From a virus (Duplodnaviria > Caudoviricetes): DNA of 64,000 bases. Of this stretch, positions 23,510 through 36,510 are shown piece after piece (position 1 is the first letter of the stretch; every line of letters begins with the position of its first letter). Below the pieces are notes generated by a model that saw only the letters and a program-made list of their open reading frames with translations, had not been told where the DNA came from and searched no databases. Made by a program: the position numbers and the translations under genes. The stretch covers positions 80,871 through 144,870 of IMG/VR virus record IMGVR_UViG_3300028805_000060, one strand, 5' to 3'.

Positions 23510-24028
23510 TTATGTAAACAAAGAATCAATTTGTCTATTAGTTATAGACTTTATTAAAGAAGTAAGATAATATAATACCAACCCATTCGTTGAATCATAA
23601 GAAGCTCTTCAAACAGAAAGTTCACCTTCCATAATAAAAATATTCATGTTAGGATGAGTACTATCATATTCAGGAAGGGATGCTGTCCCTGTCATAAGTC
23701 TCATATACTCCTTAGCCTGTGCTTCATTTGTATTTGAGCTATTATATTTAATAATTAATACAGTAGACTCTTCAATTATACTAGGAACAGCCGAATAAGC
23801 GGACAAAGATTGCCCGCTTATATTCGTCGTAGCATCTATAGCAAAACAAGGAATATCTTTAAATAAAGCTAAATCATTTTGGTTATACAAAGCTCTGGAT
23901 AGAGTTCCTGTAAGAGAACCATTGAAATAAATGTCTCCTCACTTAGAATTGTCGCTTCCGAGGTCTATATTAGCAGACCCTGGACTAACTTTATTTCTAT
24001 ATATTTTTACAACATCTGTTGCTGCCAT
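23510..24028 (-). CDS. Tail-fibre-associated protein (172 aa, TGA=Trp)
   Basis: AAGGAGG RBS; DLGSDNSK-W(TGA)-GDIYF resembles DLGS..RWKNLY in the 31092-32096 protein. Confidence 0.6.
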
Positions 24029-24067
24029 ATAAACCTCCTTTTATAATTTTTTCATTAAATATAACAA

Positions 24068-24277
24068 TTAGTATAAGAATGTAGGGTGTATATCTATATA
24101 AACACCACCAGACGCACTATGTCTAATCATTCTAAATAAAACACCATTGCAACTAGAAGGAGGATAAAATATAGTACTATAACCATTTTCAAGACCCATA
24201 GTAGTTGCATTCCCTATTGTTATTGATCCAGTGTTATCTATTGGGCTATCAAAGAATAGAATTAAATCAAAATACAT
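24068..24277 (-). CDS. Short ORF, probably the frameshifted C-terminus of the long tail fibre
   Basis: No RBS; overlaps the fibre stop codon; its frame is open upstream as STTASMYFD. Confidence 0.4.
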   Translation of the reverse strand: MYFDLILFFDSPIDNTGSITIGNATTMGLENGYSTIFYPPSSCNGVLFRMIRHSASGGVYIDIHPTFLY

Positions 24278-27200
24278 ACTGGCTGTAGTCGAATATCAAA
24301 TAAATAAGTATGAGTACTATTTGAAAAAGTGTCAGTATAATAACCTGCTCCTCCACCAATACTCGTTTTATATGCAGCTAAATAACGTCCATTTTTTGAT
24401 GCTACTTTAAACCATAAATATCTAAAGGTTGAACCTGATGCCCCATCTGCTAAACTTACCATTGGGGAACTATACGTCCACGTAGGATTAGCTGAAGAAC
24501 TTGGATTCGCGCTTTGTATTTTTACATCTCCATATTTAGATTCCAAAATATTTATGGTTCCTTGATGTGATGAACTATATCCTAAATAATTAATATTTAT
24601 CTGCCCATTATTTGAACTGTTTCCTAAATAGTTAATAGTCCTTGTCCCTGTCATATAAGAGATACTACCAGTATTACTATAAGTACTTATTGATCCTGTT
24701 CCACTTAAAGTTGTAATTGATCCATTGTTTGCAAGAGAAGTTACAGTTTTTCTAGATGGGATTGTACCTTCTAAAGCTTTAAAATAAATATTTGAGCCTG
24801 TTTCTGTATTTCCGCCTATTCTTACTTCACCATATGTATTAGTAATTATATTAACGGTTCCTTTATTACTTGCATTATATCCATTATTAGAGATAGTCAA
24901 TGTTCCAGAAGAACCCGATCTTCCTAATGTAGTGATGGTCCTTGATCCAGTCATATTAGTAATAGTACCAGTATTTGTATAAGTACCAATGGTTCCACTA
25001 CCTGAATAAGTACCAATAACTGAGTTAGCACTATTAGTAAGAGTGGTAACTGTTGTTTTATAAGAAGAGTTATAAGAATAAATAGATAAAGATGGAACTG
25101 TAAGTGATTGTTGAACGGTACTGCCCGTTATATTATATCCTAAATTTATACTATTAACTTGAGTAACATTTACGGTACCATTGCTAGAACTGCTTGTAAC
25201 CCCAACAGTACTATTAGAAACATTAGTTATACTAATCCTTCTATATGTATTATTATTGATTGTTAAATATGATGTAGTATCATAAGCTGTATCATCTTTC
25301 ATATCAACTGCAAATGGAACATCTTGTGGAACAGTTATTTTATTAATATAATATTTACTTCCTGTAAGAGAACCTGAGGTATCACCATAAGTCCCAGTGG
25401 CAATCCATCCAGCAGTAGAAACAGAATAATTTCTTGATACACCTGAAGCTGAAGGTTCTACATATATTCCATTATTTGTGCTTGTAAACGTAACGTTTGC
25501 CTTGTGAGAATCATCAATGGAAATAGTACCACTCGTTGTTGATGATGCCGATCCACTATGATTACTTACTGCCTTAATTGTATAATATCGTTTTGATACA
25601 TTATAACCTTCAGGAAGGTTTAAATATTGATCTCAAGTACCAGGAGTAATATTTGCTACAGAACTACCTGACGCTGTTGTGCTTGAAGTACTTGTAGGTA
25701 AATTTATTTGATTTAATAAGCCATTTAGATCCGTAACTGTTATATATGAAGGATCGTCTAAAGAATCACCATAAGGAATGGAAATTGCACATTCTTGCAT
25801 ATCAACGATTGGAAAATCTGGATAATATTCATTATATATTTTAATTATTCCATAGTTACAAGGGACATTTAATTCCCCTCCTGTTTCATCTTCAGCTCCA
25901 ATATAAACAGTTAAAGTTTTATCAGGTTTAACGAACAAATTATCAATATACTTAGGTCCAAAAATAGCACTTCCGTATGTCCCTGTAGAAATTCATCCTG
26001 AAGTACTAACTGTATATCCTCCTGAAGAAGCACTGATTGATATTCCAGAGGTATTAGTGTCAGATAAAGTAGCATGACCAGCATAGAGAGTATTTGATCC
26101 TGAAGACCCTGATTGACTTCTCACAGTATAATTCTGAACTGTTCCATTATTAATAGAACTAATTCAACCTGCCGTTCCTACGCTTGCTGTAGGTGTAATT
26201 TTAAAGTATTGAGAAGTAACTGAAGTAGGAGAAGTTCCTGCTGAGCTTAAAGTAGCATAAGACGCACTTGGAGTAGCTGCACCTGCTCTAACTGTTGCAG
26301 TTGCATAAGCTGCAACATTAGTTGAAGTTGATTGTGTCAACTCAATATTTCCTGTAGGACCACCTAATGTTTTGTAATACCTATCGCTGTTATAATAACC
26401 AGCTGCTAACTTATATGTTGTTCCTGCAGCTAATTCTGTAGGAGTTGTTCCTTGAGGAGCTGTTGCTGTTCCTCATGTAGCAGTTGGAATAGTATAATAT
26501 TGGTCTTTAGAACTTGCATTAGCTGTTGCTGTTGCTGTTGAGCTAACAGTTTTTTGAGTACTACTTGTAGAAGCATCAGTATAACCTTTTGTTCATGTAA
26601 TAGTACTTGATTCACCAGCAGTCGAAGAACCTGTCGTAGCACTATTTCCACCCGTTGCTTTAATATAATAACCTGAAGAAGGTTGAGATGAAGCAGCTGT
26701 TAATGAAATATTACCTGTAGCTGAAGCAACAGCTGTTGGTGTTACTGAAGGTGAAACCGATAATGAACTATCACTGACTGAAACTGAACTTGAATCAATT
26801 GGGTAATAAGCAGTAGTAGAATTAGCCGCTGCAGTAGCCGTAGCTGTCGAAGTAATTGTTTCTGTTCCTTCTGTAATATAGCCAGTAGTTTTTGTTACTG
26901 TAGCACTTTCTCCACTAGTCGCACTACCTGTAGTAGCTGAGTTCCCACCGACAACGCTGATATATCTACCAGAAGTTGGTTGAGTGGTTGTTTTAGTTCC
27001 TAAAGTAATGCTTGATCCAGTTGCACTTACTGTTGCTGTTGGTGTTACTGAAGGTGATACTGATAAAGATTTATCGTCTATTGCTACACTTCCAGCTGCA
27101 ATTTTACCTACTTGTGTGGCTGTTCCAGCTTGAACCGCTCCAGAATTTGTAAATCAACCAGCTGTTCCTGCAGTAATAGTTCCTTTAACTTTTGCACTGA

Positions 27201-30200
27201 CTGGATAATAGCCAGAAGCAACAGTACCGACTGTAACCTCATCTGTCACATCGCTTCCAGTCATTGTAAATGTACTTGCACTTCTTACTGTATAATTTTG
27301 AACGGTTCCATCGTTAATAGAATTAATTCAGCCTGCAGTTGTTACACTTGCTGTAGGCGTAATTTTAAAGTATTGAGAAGCAACAGATGTAGGTGTTGTA
27401 CCAGCTGAACTTAATGTTGCGTAAGTCGCACTTGGAGTAGCTTCCCCATCTTTTATTTTATAATTTATAGCACTACCATCACTAATTGATGAAATCCAAC
27501 CAGCAGTTCCGACCGATGCTTTAGGTGTAACTGAAAAGTACTGATTGTTCATAGCAGTTGTAGAACTTAATGCTGAGCTGCTTCCTGTTACTGTAGCACT
27601 AGGAGTAGCAGATCCAGAACCAACTGTAACTTTAGAAAGAACTTTACCAGATGTTGGTGTTATATCACCAGCAGCAGAAGCAGCTTTTGTTTCTAAGGTT
27701 ATAGAAACTTTTCCAGAACCGTTATGATAACCAGCTGGAACTGTATATGAAGTAGTTGAAGTATCTAATGTTGCACTTACTGCTCCATTATTTGTCATTG
27801 TACCTGTTTGTTTTGTATATGAATTTGAATAGAATGTTTTTCCTGTTAAAACATCTCCTACTGCTGCATCTCCTGCTAAACTAGTTTGAGCAGCCGCTTG
27901 ATAATATTGATCTGCTGAATAGTATCCTTTACCTATTTTAATTTGACTACCAGCATTTATTGTTCCAGAAGAAGTTCCACCAGAAGTGTTATTTGTAATA
28001 GTTCCCGCAGCAATCTTACCTACTTTGGTAGCAGTACCTGCTTGAACTGCACCTGAAGAAGAAAACCACCCTGATGTACCAGCTGCAATAGTACCCTTAA
28101 CTTTGGCACTAATTGGATAATATCCACTTGAAAGCGTTCCAACTGTTACAACATCTGTGACATCACTACCTGTCATTGTAAAAGTAGAAGCGCTTCTTAC
28201 TGTAGCTGTTGCATAAGCAGAAACATCAGTTGAAGTAGCTTTTGTTAATTCAATATTTCCTGATGGTCCTGCTGGTACTTTATAATATCTATCTCCATTA
28301 TAATAACCAGAAGTTAATTTATAAACTCCTCCTAAAGTTAAAGTAGTATAACTAGATGGAGTATCAGTAGTAGTTCCAAATTGAGACATATTCAATGAGC
28401 TTGAACCAGAAACAGTAATTGTTCCAGCAGTACCTGTACTTACATAACCTGCACTAACTGTTGGTGTAACGTCTTGAGTTTTACTTACTGTAATATCAAA
28501 TTTTAAAGTTTCAGGATTAAATACTGGTGTACTTGGATTAGCTGTAATTGTTGTTGCTGGAGTTGTAGCAGATCCTGTACCAACAGCAGCTTGTGCTTGT
28601 GCATCAGTGATAGTTAGTGAAACAGTCCTATTTGTTGCACTTCCAGCTGTTCCTGAAGAAATATAACCAGCACTTACAGTAGGAGCTGGAGCTGAAACAC
28701 TACCAGTTACTGTAAATTTTTTCTTATTTGTAGAATCTTGTGTATGTGAAACATAAGTTATAGTACCAGCATTACCCGTAGCAGTTCCCGTTGCTACTGC
28801 ATTAATTTTATAATATTTACCAGAAGTATTATAACCTACAGGAAGGTTAAGATACTGATCTGCTGTACTTGGTGTAACGCTAGCTATAGAAGAATAATAT
28901 TGTGCTGCTGAACTAGCAGTTGTAGTTGGGAATGTAAGAGTTGTCGCTGTGCTCTTATAATATTTATCTTGATTATAATACCCTGCTCCAATTTTTACAT
29001 AGTATCCATAATTAACATCTGTACTAGTTGCTCCCTCTGGAAGAGAGCCAACAACAGAAGATGTTCCGCTTGCAACTGTACCAACAGTAGTATTTGCAGG
29101 TACATAACCAGCTTTACTTGCTTTAGTTTTAACAGAAGCTCCACTTACTTCAAATTCAGCTGCTGCTATTGGGAAGTATTTAGTTGCACTTGTTGCGCTA
29201 TAACTTACACTTCTTGTTGCAAAACTATCATTTGTAGGAGTATATCCTGCCGTTGTTATTTTTGCTGTTTGCGTTTGAGCTGTTGCAGAAGATGATCCTG
29301 TAAATGCTAAATAATAACCACTTGTTGGTTCTGATGTTGCTTTTGTTCCAACAATACCAGAAATATTAACACCAGCATTTGAGCCATCTATAGGATAGAT
29401 ACTTACATCATTTGTTCCTGTTAAATTACTTCCTGTAACCGATCCTGTTGCAGCTTTTAAATAAATAGTACTAGAATCAGACGCACTTGTCCCTGTAGCA
29501 CTCTTTGTTACTTCAGTAGAAGTAGCTGATTTATTGCCAGAGCTTGCACCACTTGCAGAAGCACCAGCAGTAATACCTTTACTAACAGAAGCAGAACCAC
29601 CAGTTGCACTAGCACTAGCTGTAGAATAACCAGATGCCGCAGAAGCAGAACCACCAGTTGCACTAGCACTAGATGTAAAATAATAACTTGTAGCAGTATC
29701 ACTTACACCAGCAGTCATTCCTGTTTGAGAAGCACTTGCTGTTGCAGTTCCGCCAGTTGCTGTCGCATTTGGTTGTTTTGCAATACTTGCAGAAGCACTA
29801 GCAGTTCCACCTGTAGCAGTTGCACTAGCCACTGGAATATAAACATTAGTACCTTCCTTAACTGTAGTTGTTGAAGAACTTTCACTAGAATAGTTTGAAG
29901 TTTCAGTTGCTTGACCTATTGTTGTAGAATCAGCACCTAAAGAAACAGTTTCAGAAGCAGAATCAATTATCTTAGTAGAGTCTCTTGATGGTAACCATCC
30001 AGCAGTTCTTGTATCATTAACTTGTGCTCTAGTCACTGTTTGTGAGAAAGCAGCCCTTGTAACTGCTGCTCTTGTAACTGAACCTCTACCTTTTGCCTTT
30101 GCTTCTTTATCAACTGTAGCCTCTGGATTAAATGTAGCATAATTACCAGATGTAGGCTTAGTTGTAGTTACACCATAAGTAGAATCAGTTGCTCCAGATA

Positions 30201-31080
30201 CAGTATAATTTCTTGTAACTGAAGGAGTAATTTCAGGGTTTTGTGTAATAGAAACCTCACCAGAACCTTTTGATAATCCTCCTCCTGATAATCCTCCACC
30301 AGAGGCAGTTCCTTTAGATAATCCTCCACCACTAACTGATACACTAGCACTTGCTAATGGAATATAATAAACACTAGAAGAATTATTACCAACTGAAACT
30401 GTTGTACCAGTAATTGAAGAATGAGAACTATCTCCATATCCAGCACTAGACACATTAGCCGATATTGTTAATGTACTACTATTACTTGGAACATAAACTG
30501 CAGCATAGTAATAGTTTATATCAGAAGTATTAGTAGTAGGAGTTATCGCTATTTGAGATTTACTTGATACTGGTGAAGGAAGAGTTCCTATAGTAGGAGT
30601 TACTTTTGCAGTACCACTTTGAGTGGCAGTAATCCCTATAAGAGGAAGAGTTGTAGTACCAGTAGCAGTAGATGTGTTTCTAGTTCCAGCACTAGATGAA
30701 ATATATCCAGCAGTACCTACTGTTGGAGCACTAACAGTACCTGATAAGGTAACATCGAAGTTCGAATTAGTAGAATTATATGAGATATTTTTACTGACTG
30801 AACTATATGAAGTTCCAGATGTGACTGTTGCTTTTGGTCCTTCAGAATTTGCTTTCACTGTAACTGTACCTAATGCCATATACCCAGTATCTTTAGTAAT
30901 AGCTTGTTCAGTAGCACTAGGAGTTACAGTTTTGTTTTGATAATTAACGATCCTTGATGAAAAATTTTGAGGATCAATTTTATTAGCATCTGTAAGAGGA
31001 GTAGTTGCGGTTCCATCTGTTGCACGAATGGTGTTCGCGATGTCTGTAAGAAAATCTGTTAAATTGTTATTCTTAGCCAT
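24262..31080 (-). CDS. Long Ser/Thr/Gly/Ala-rich tail fibre / adhesin (2272 aa, TGA=Trp)
   Basis: Fragments 27328, 25633 and 24262 are in frame. N-terminal LTDIANTIR, DVLTGKTFY and TVPAGYHNGSGKV fibre motifs; many internal repeats. Confidence 0.8.
29587..29672. repeat. 32-bp perfect direct repeat (29587-29618 and 29641-29672) within the tail fibre
   Basis: agaagcagaaccaccagttgcactagcactag occurs twice; encodes SASATGGSAS. Confidence 0.85.
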
Positions 31081-31091
31081 ATCTTATCCTC

Positions 31092-32096
31092 CTATACAGG
31101 TGTATTTAATGCAGCTGTTATTGCTGCTTGAATTTGTTGTTGAACTCATTCTTGAGTCGCTAATGTTCCGTTAGCTTGCGGTAAAAGTAAATTTATGTCG
31201 CCATAACCTGAAGCTTCTGAATTTCCTGCGATTTGGATTCCCAAACCACCTTCTCCTTCAATAATGACTCCATAATTAAAAGTATTATATCCAGTGAGAG
31301 TTTGATCCCCATTTAAAGTAACAAAATTGTCTGTCGATGGGATATCAGCAGTGGTAGCTATTGTCCTATTACCTGTCCAAGACGACATTGTAGGTAATGC
31401 TAATCCATAAGAAGCATTATCTTTTCTAATTGTTCCTGATAAGTATAGATTCTTCCATCTTGCTTTACTTGTTGATGACGTATATGAACCTAAATCATAA
31501 GTATTATCATAATCTGTACTAAAAGGTATGATAGTTGATTTAAATGCTGCTATACCATTAGGGATATCAAATATTAAATTATTATTAGAATTTAATTTTA
31601 ATACATTAATAATACTATTATTTGCACTTCTCCATTGAAGAAATTGATTATTATTCAAACAAACATTTCCGCTTGTGTCAATTTTTAATAAACTAGGAGA
31701 AGAACTCCCACTATTAGTTGAATAGCAAAAATCAAAATTATTATCTCCACTCATACCAAGACGCCATAATTTAGCATCTTGATTATTGTTTTTATAATCT
31801 ATAAATGCCCCTGCAGAAGTTGTAGTTCTTTTTATTGTTAAAATTGGAGCACTAGAACTACTTAAAGTTCCACCTGATAATGGAAGATAATTACTTAAAT
31901 TAATGCTATCTAATTTACTTTTATCACTAGCAGCCATCAAACCATTTTCTGTTGATGAAGCTAGAACGTCAGGAGTAATATAAACTGTATTTGCATCATA
32001 GGTTAAAGTATCAGAACCTATTGTGACAGTTCCTGTCGTTGCTAATGTATTATAATCAGGGTTTGATAAAAATATCACGTCTTTTAAATTAGCCAT
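31092..32096 (-). CDS. Tail fibre protein (334 aa)
   Basis: ASSTENGLMAASDKSKLD, YLPLSGGTL and FVTLNGDQT fibre motifs; ATQE-W(TGA)-V then TAG at 31092. Confidence 0.75.
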
Positions 32097-32113
32097 AGTT
32101 TATTTCCTCCTTT

Positions 32114-33799
32114 CTATATTATATAATTTTTATCAGGACCTTTAATAAAAGTTCCTGTTCCACTGTTTGTATAAAATTGTTTGTTGACGGTATCATACAT
32201 TCCTATTACAGAATCACTTTTTCTATAACAAGGGATAAGATACTGAATTAAATTTCCACTTTTACTATGTTTATAATAGTAGAAACGTTTAGAACCATCT
32301 GTTCCACCATCATTTGTAGCAAAAATATACATATTATAAGTATTAACATTTGATGGAACTTCAAAACTTGAACTATAAACAGTATTGTCAAATTTATATA
32401 TTTTATTTGGACTATCTAAAAGAACTTCGTGTGCATTTGTGTCTATGTTTGGATTTGAAATAGCACTCCTAGCCCATTCCATATAAAATTTTCCACCATT
32501 AGAAGTTGAAGACCTCATATTTAATAAAGCATTAACATTTTTTCTACTACCAAAAACTCTATTATAATTAGTAGAGATAGAAGTATATTGAAACTTAAAG
32601 TTTATACAACTTGTTTCATCTGCTGCATATCCAGTATCTATATACTGCGTCCCACTACTTTGTATATATTCTACACCTTGATATTCCATAGGTAATAGAT
32701 TTATTTTAGGGGAACTACATTGAACATAGTTTGCTGCTCTTGTATCTGGTGTATAAGGTGTTGGATGGTCTTTCTGCTCAAACTGAATATCTGTTATATA
32801 AAATTCAATAGCAACAGGTCCACTATTTGCTGCTATCATATATATTAGATAATTAGAACTTGTATTTTTTGCAGTTCCAGTACAATAACAATATTGTCAA
32901 GTATCTTTTTTACTTAAATCATAAACTTTTTTACGAGTTATTGCATTCATACCCTCAAAAGCAAATGGTAAACCATATCAACCATTAGTATTTGGTTGTC
33001 CACTTGGTATATATAAGAGACATGAACGTGTCATTACTGTATTTTCTGGATAACCACCTAAAGATAAATAAGAGCCAATTCAACCTGTTTTATTACTTTC
33101 TACCTTTATATGCCAACATCATTTTCCTTTAAAATATACTTTTTCTTTCAATGTAGCATATGGAAAATTTGGGGCTGTTGTTTTATAAGGGTCTAAATTA
33201 GTAGTTCCTTCTTCAATTAAAATAGGACAATTATAGCTATCTTTATAAGGACCTTTAACAAACTCACCAGTTCCACTATTAGTATAAAAAACATTATTTA
33301 CTGTATCATATAAACCTGGTTTATTATCTGAAATTCTTTCACATGGAATGAAATTACGCACAAGCGTTCCACTATTTGATATTGAAGCACTATAAACACG
33401 AGCATAACTTCTATATGAGTCATAGCCTAAAATACCAATTTTTGTAGAGGTGTCTCGTTGACTTGACCTGGTAGCAACATGAACATCATTTATATATAAT
33501 TTTTGAGTTGCACAATCTACCTTTCCAATATACATAGTGTTTATATTGACAGAACCACCTGAACCAGCACCAGTTTGCCACGACCCATTACGTTCATAAG
33601 CAATTTGTATTTTACCGTCTTGTCCCATAATTCCTGAATAATTAGATTGAGGATATTGAAGATTCAGGACAATGAATTTACAAACATAAACATTATTTGC
33701 ATTATAAGATACTCCACTATCAATATACTGTGTCCCAGTACTCTCTATATACTCTAACTCTCTATATCCAATAGGAACCCTAGATGTTCTCACCCTCAT
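32114..33799 (-). CDS. Receptor-binding/lectin-like tail protein with a duplicated domain (561 aa)
   Basis: Two fragments in frame through TGA. Two copies of EYI.S.GTQYID.G ... PC.R.SD..G.YDTVN..FYTNSGTG.F.KGP flank a CBM-like segment (DTWQY, DIQFEQKDHPTPY). Confidence 0.7.
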
Positions 33800-33800
33800 A

Positions 33801-34127
33801 CTAGATATACCTCTTTATTTGAGGAATGAGACCATCTACATAGGATTTATTTGTTATATGATTATTCTCTGTAGGTGTTGCAATACTAGCTTGACCTGTG
33901 GAATTTCTCATTATTAAAGTGTTTGCGTCTTTAGCGGTTGCATAATTTAACATAGTTTGAGTTCCAGTTGTTGCTTTTCCATACAATTGTCCATATGTTG
34001 TTGTAGTTGTTACTTTGTCTAATTTTCCGTCTAATTGAGAACTCGTTGCAAATCGATTATCAAGCTTATCAAGAAAATAATCCAGGCCATTGTAGTCTAA
34101 ATATTTTTTTATTGAATTGTCTGGCAT
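33801..34127 (-). CDS. Small tail-fibre protein
   Basis: KKYLDYNGLDYF N-terminus; HITNKSYVD fibre motif. Confidence 0.65.
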   Translation of the reverse strand: MPDNSIKKYLDYNGLDYFLDKLDNRFATSSQLDGKLDKVTTTTTYGQLYGKATTGTQTMLNYATAKDANTLIMRNSTGQASIATPTENNHITNKSYVDGLIPQIKRYI

Positions 34128-34173
34128 ATTTTTTCCTCCTTGTATATCAAATAAAAGTTATGTTTTATTTAAA

Positions 34174-36489
34174 TTATGCATTGCCGAATAATGTATCAAT
34201 TTCATTATTTGTTATTGCAGTCATTGTAGGGATATCTTCTAATGTTGCTATTGTACCACTCTTAAGAGGTAACGTTAATGTATAATGGTTCAAATCATAA
34301 CTAGGACCAACTATATCAACATAATAACTAGAGCCTTTTCCACTAGCAAATCTTATACCACCTGAAAAGACTGGTCTAGATAAAAATTCCTTAACCCCCA
34401 TAAACTCTTGAGAACCAATAGTAACTACACCACTATGAGTAATATCGGCATCTGGAACATATAAATCATATTCTGTGTTAACTGTTGAACCACTATAACC
34501 AGTTCCTATTTTTAATCCAGTAGTTGCTACAGTTTTTGCATAATAGTTTGTATCAGTAGCATTAAAAGTAATCATTGGAGCACCTGTTCCAGTAGCAGTT
34601 CCTGTTATAGATACATTACTTCCAGCAACAAAATTAATTTCAGCATTATCTCCAAAGGTAGTATTTCCTACTTTTACTTTTTGGTTTGTATCTGCAAATG
34701 ATGGAATGTCACTTAATGTTGCTATTGTGCCCGTTTTATTAGGTAATGTTAATGTATATGCATCATCAAACGGACTACCAACCACATCAATATATCTACC
34801 AGAACCAGCAGTACTAGAAAATCTTATGCCAGATGTAAATACTGGTTTAGATGTATATTCTTTAACACCAGAAATTGTTTGGTCAGTGTCAAGAGTTACA
34901 AAAGCACTTTCAATATCTTCATATGTAGGAACATCTGATGTCATTGCAAATGTACCATTTTTATTAGGGAAAGTATAAGTGTATTCAGTTCTAGGTGAAT
35001 TTCTTATAATATTAGCTATTCTATATGATATTTCAGTATCCCCATCCGTTATATAGAGTTGACCTTGGTCAGCAGCTAACTCTATATTGTTAGTTGGGTC
35101 TTCTGTGTCATATACGCTTACATAGTGAGCAATAAGGTCATTAGCGACAAATGACCCATTAAAACTTAATTTGTCTTGTCCATTTTGAGGAATTTCATCA
35201 CCTAAGTAGAATTTACCTCCATTAGCAGGGTTAGCAAGCCAATCACTTGTAGCTACCTCTGCAGAATATGGAGCAACTGAAATATTTTTACTTGATACAC
35301 TTAAATCAAACATACCATCAGTAACACCTGCGACAGTAATATCATTTGTCATTGCAAATGTTCCGCTTTTAACTGGGAATACATAATCATATGGTGTATT
35401 TCCTACAAAACCTCTAAGTCCGTCACCAAATATTTGAATTTTAGATGTACTTCCCATTTCAGCAGTTCCAGTTACAATAGGAGCAAAAGTAAATGTTTTT
35501 TCACCTGAAAATGTTTGGGCACTGGTAGTAATTACACCACTGTGAGTAGCATCAGCATTTGGAACATATAAATCATAAGTAGAACTAGCTGTGCCTGAAC
35601 TATAACCTGTAGCAATTTTTAACTTATTTGCAGCAGTTATACTAGAAAAATCACTTGTGGCATAATAGTTAGTATCAGTGGCTGTAATTGTAACATCATG
35701 GCTATTAGCCGTAGAAAGACTAACATTAGTTCCTGCTACTAAATTTAGATATCCAGTACTTATTCCTGTACCTAAGAAATCATTTCCATTTACCTTTATT
35801 TGTCTTACAGTATCTGTATCAGTATCACCTGCTGGAATTAATACCCATCCGTAAGTTGAGCTAGTTAATTTAGCACAAACAAAAACATCTCCAACTTTTG
35901 CTGCTTGACTAGCATAAGTTCCTGCAGTAATAACTTTATATGTATAACCTTCGTTAGATGCACTTGCGGTTGGTAAATCTGTAATAGTTCCACCAGTTCC
36001 CAAAGTTCCTTTGAAAACCATAGGTTCTGGAAGATTAGCAATAGCATCATATACTGCTTTTGCTGTTGGCACTGTCGCATCAGTAGCCGCTGAACCAATT
36101 GATGTAGAAACACCTTTATAGGCAGCACCCATTAAACCATGAATAGGAACAGATTGAGTAGTAGCTCCAGGAGTAGAAGGGGTAACAGAGAATGCACCAT
36201 TAGTAGTCCCTTCAGTAAATGTATAAGTTGTGTCTGTAGCTTCAATTGTTTGCCACTCTAAACCAGAGGCAGTACTTACTAAAGCTTGACCAGCAGTTCC
36301 TTTTGCTAATCTAGTAACTGATGCATTACCATTTCCAACAATCAAGTCTCCTGCTGTCGTTACAACGGATTTAGGGACTGCAGTGGCTACAGCATCGTCA
36401 ATTTCCTCTGATATACTATCTCGTAGTGATTCATGGTAATACTGCAGACCTTCTCAGTCTAAATATTTTTTTTCATCATTATTTGGCAT
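34174..36489 (-). CDS. Tail fibre protein (771 aa)
   Basis: True start is MPNNDEKKYLD-W(TGA)-EGL. Contains VPTAKAVYD, MVFKGTLG, repeated LTLP.K.GTIAT, and C-terminal ITNNEIDTLF. Confidence 0.75.
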
Positions 36490-36510
36490 AAAATTTTCTC
36501 CTTTCTTTTT

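Noticed and set aside
26160-28200. Fibre repeats as a diversity-generating retroelement template/variable pair
   Set aside because: Differences are not adenine-specific, both copies are in-frame coding, and there is no reverse transcriptase in the window.
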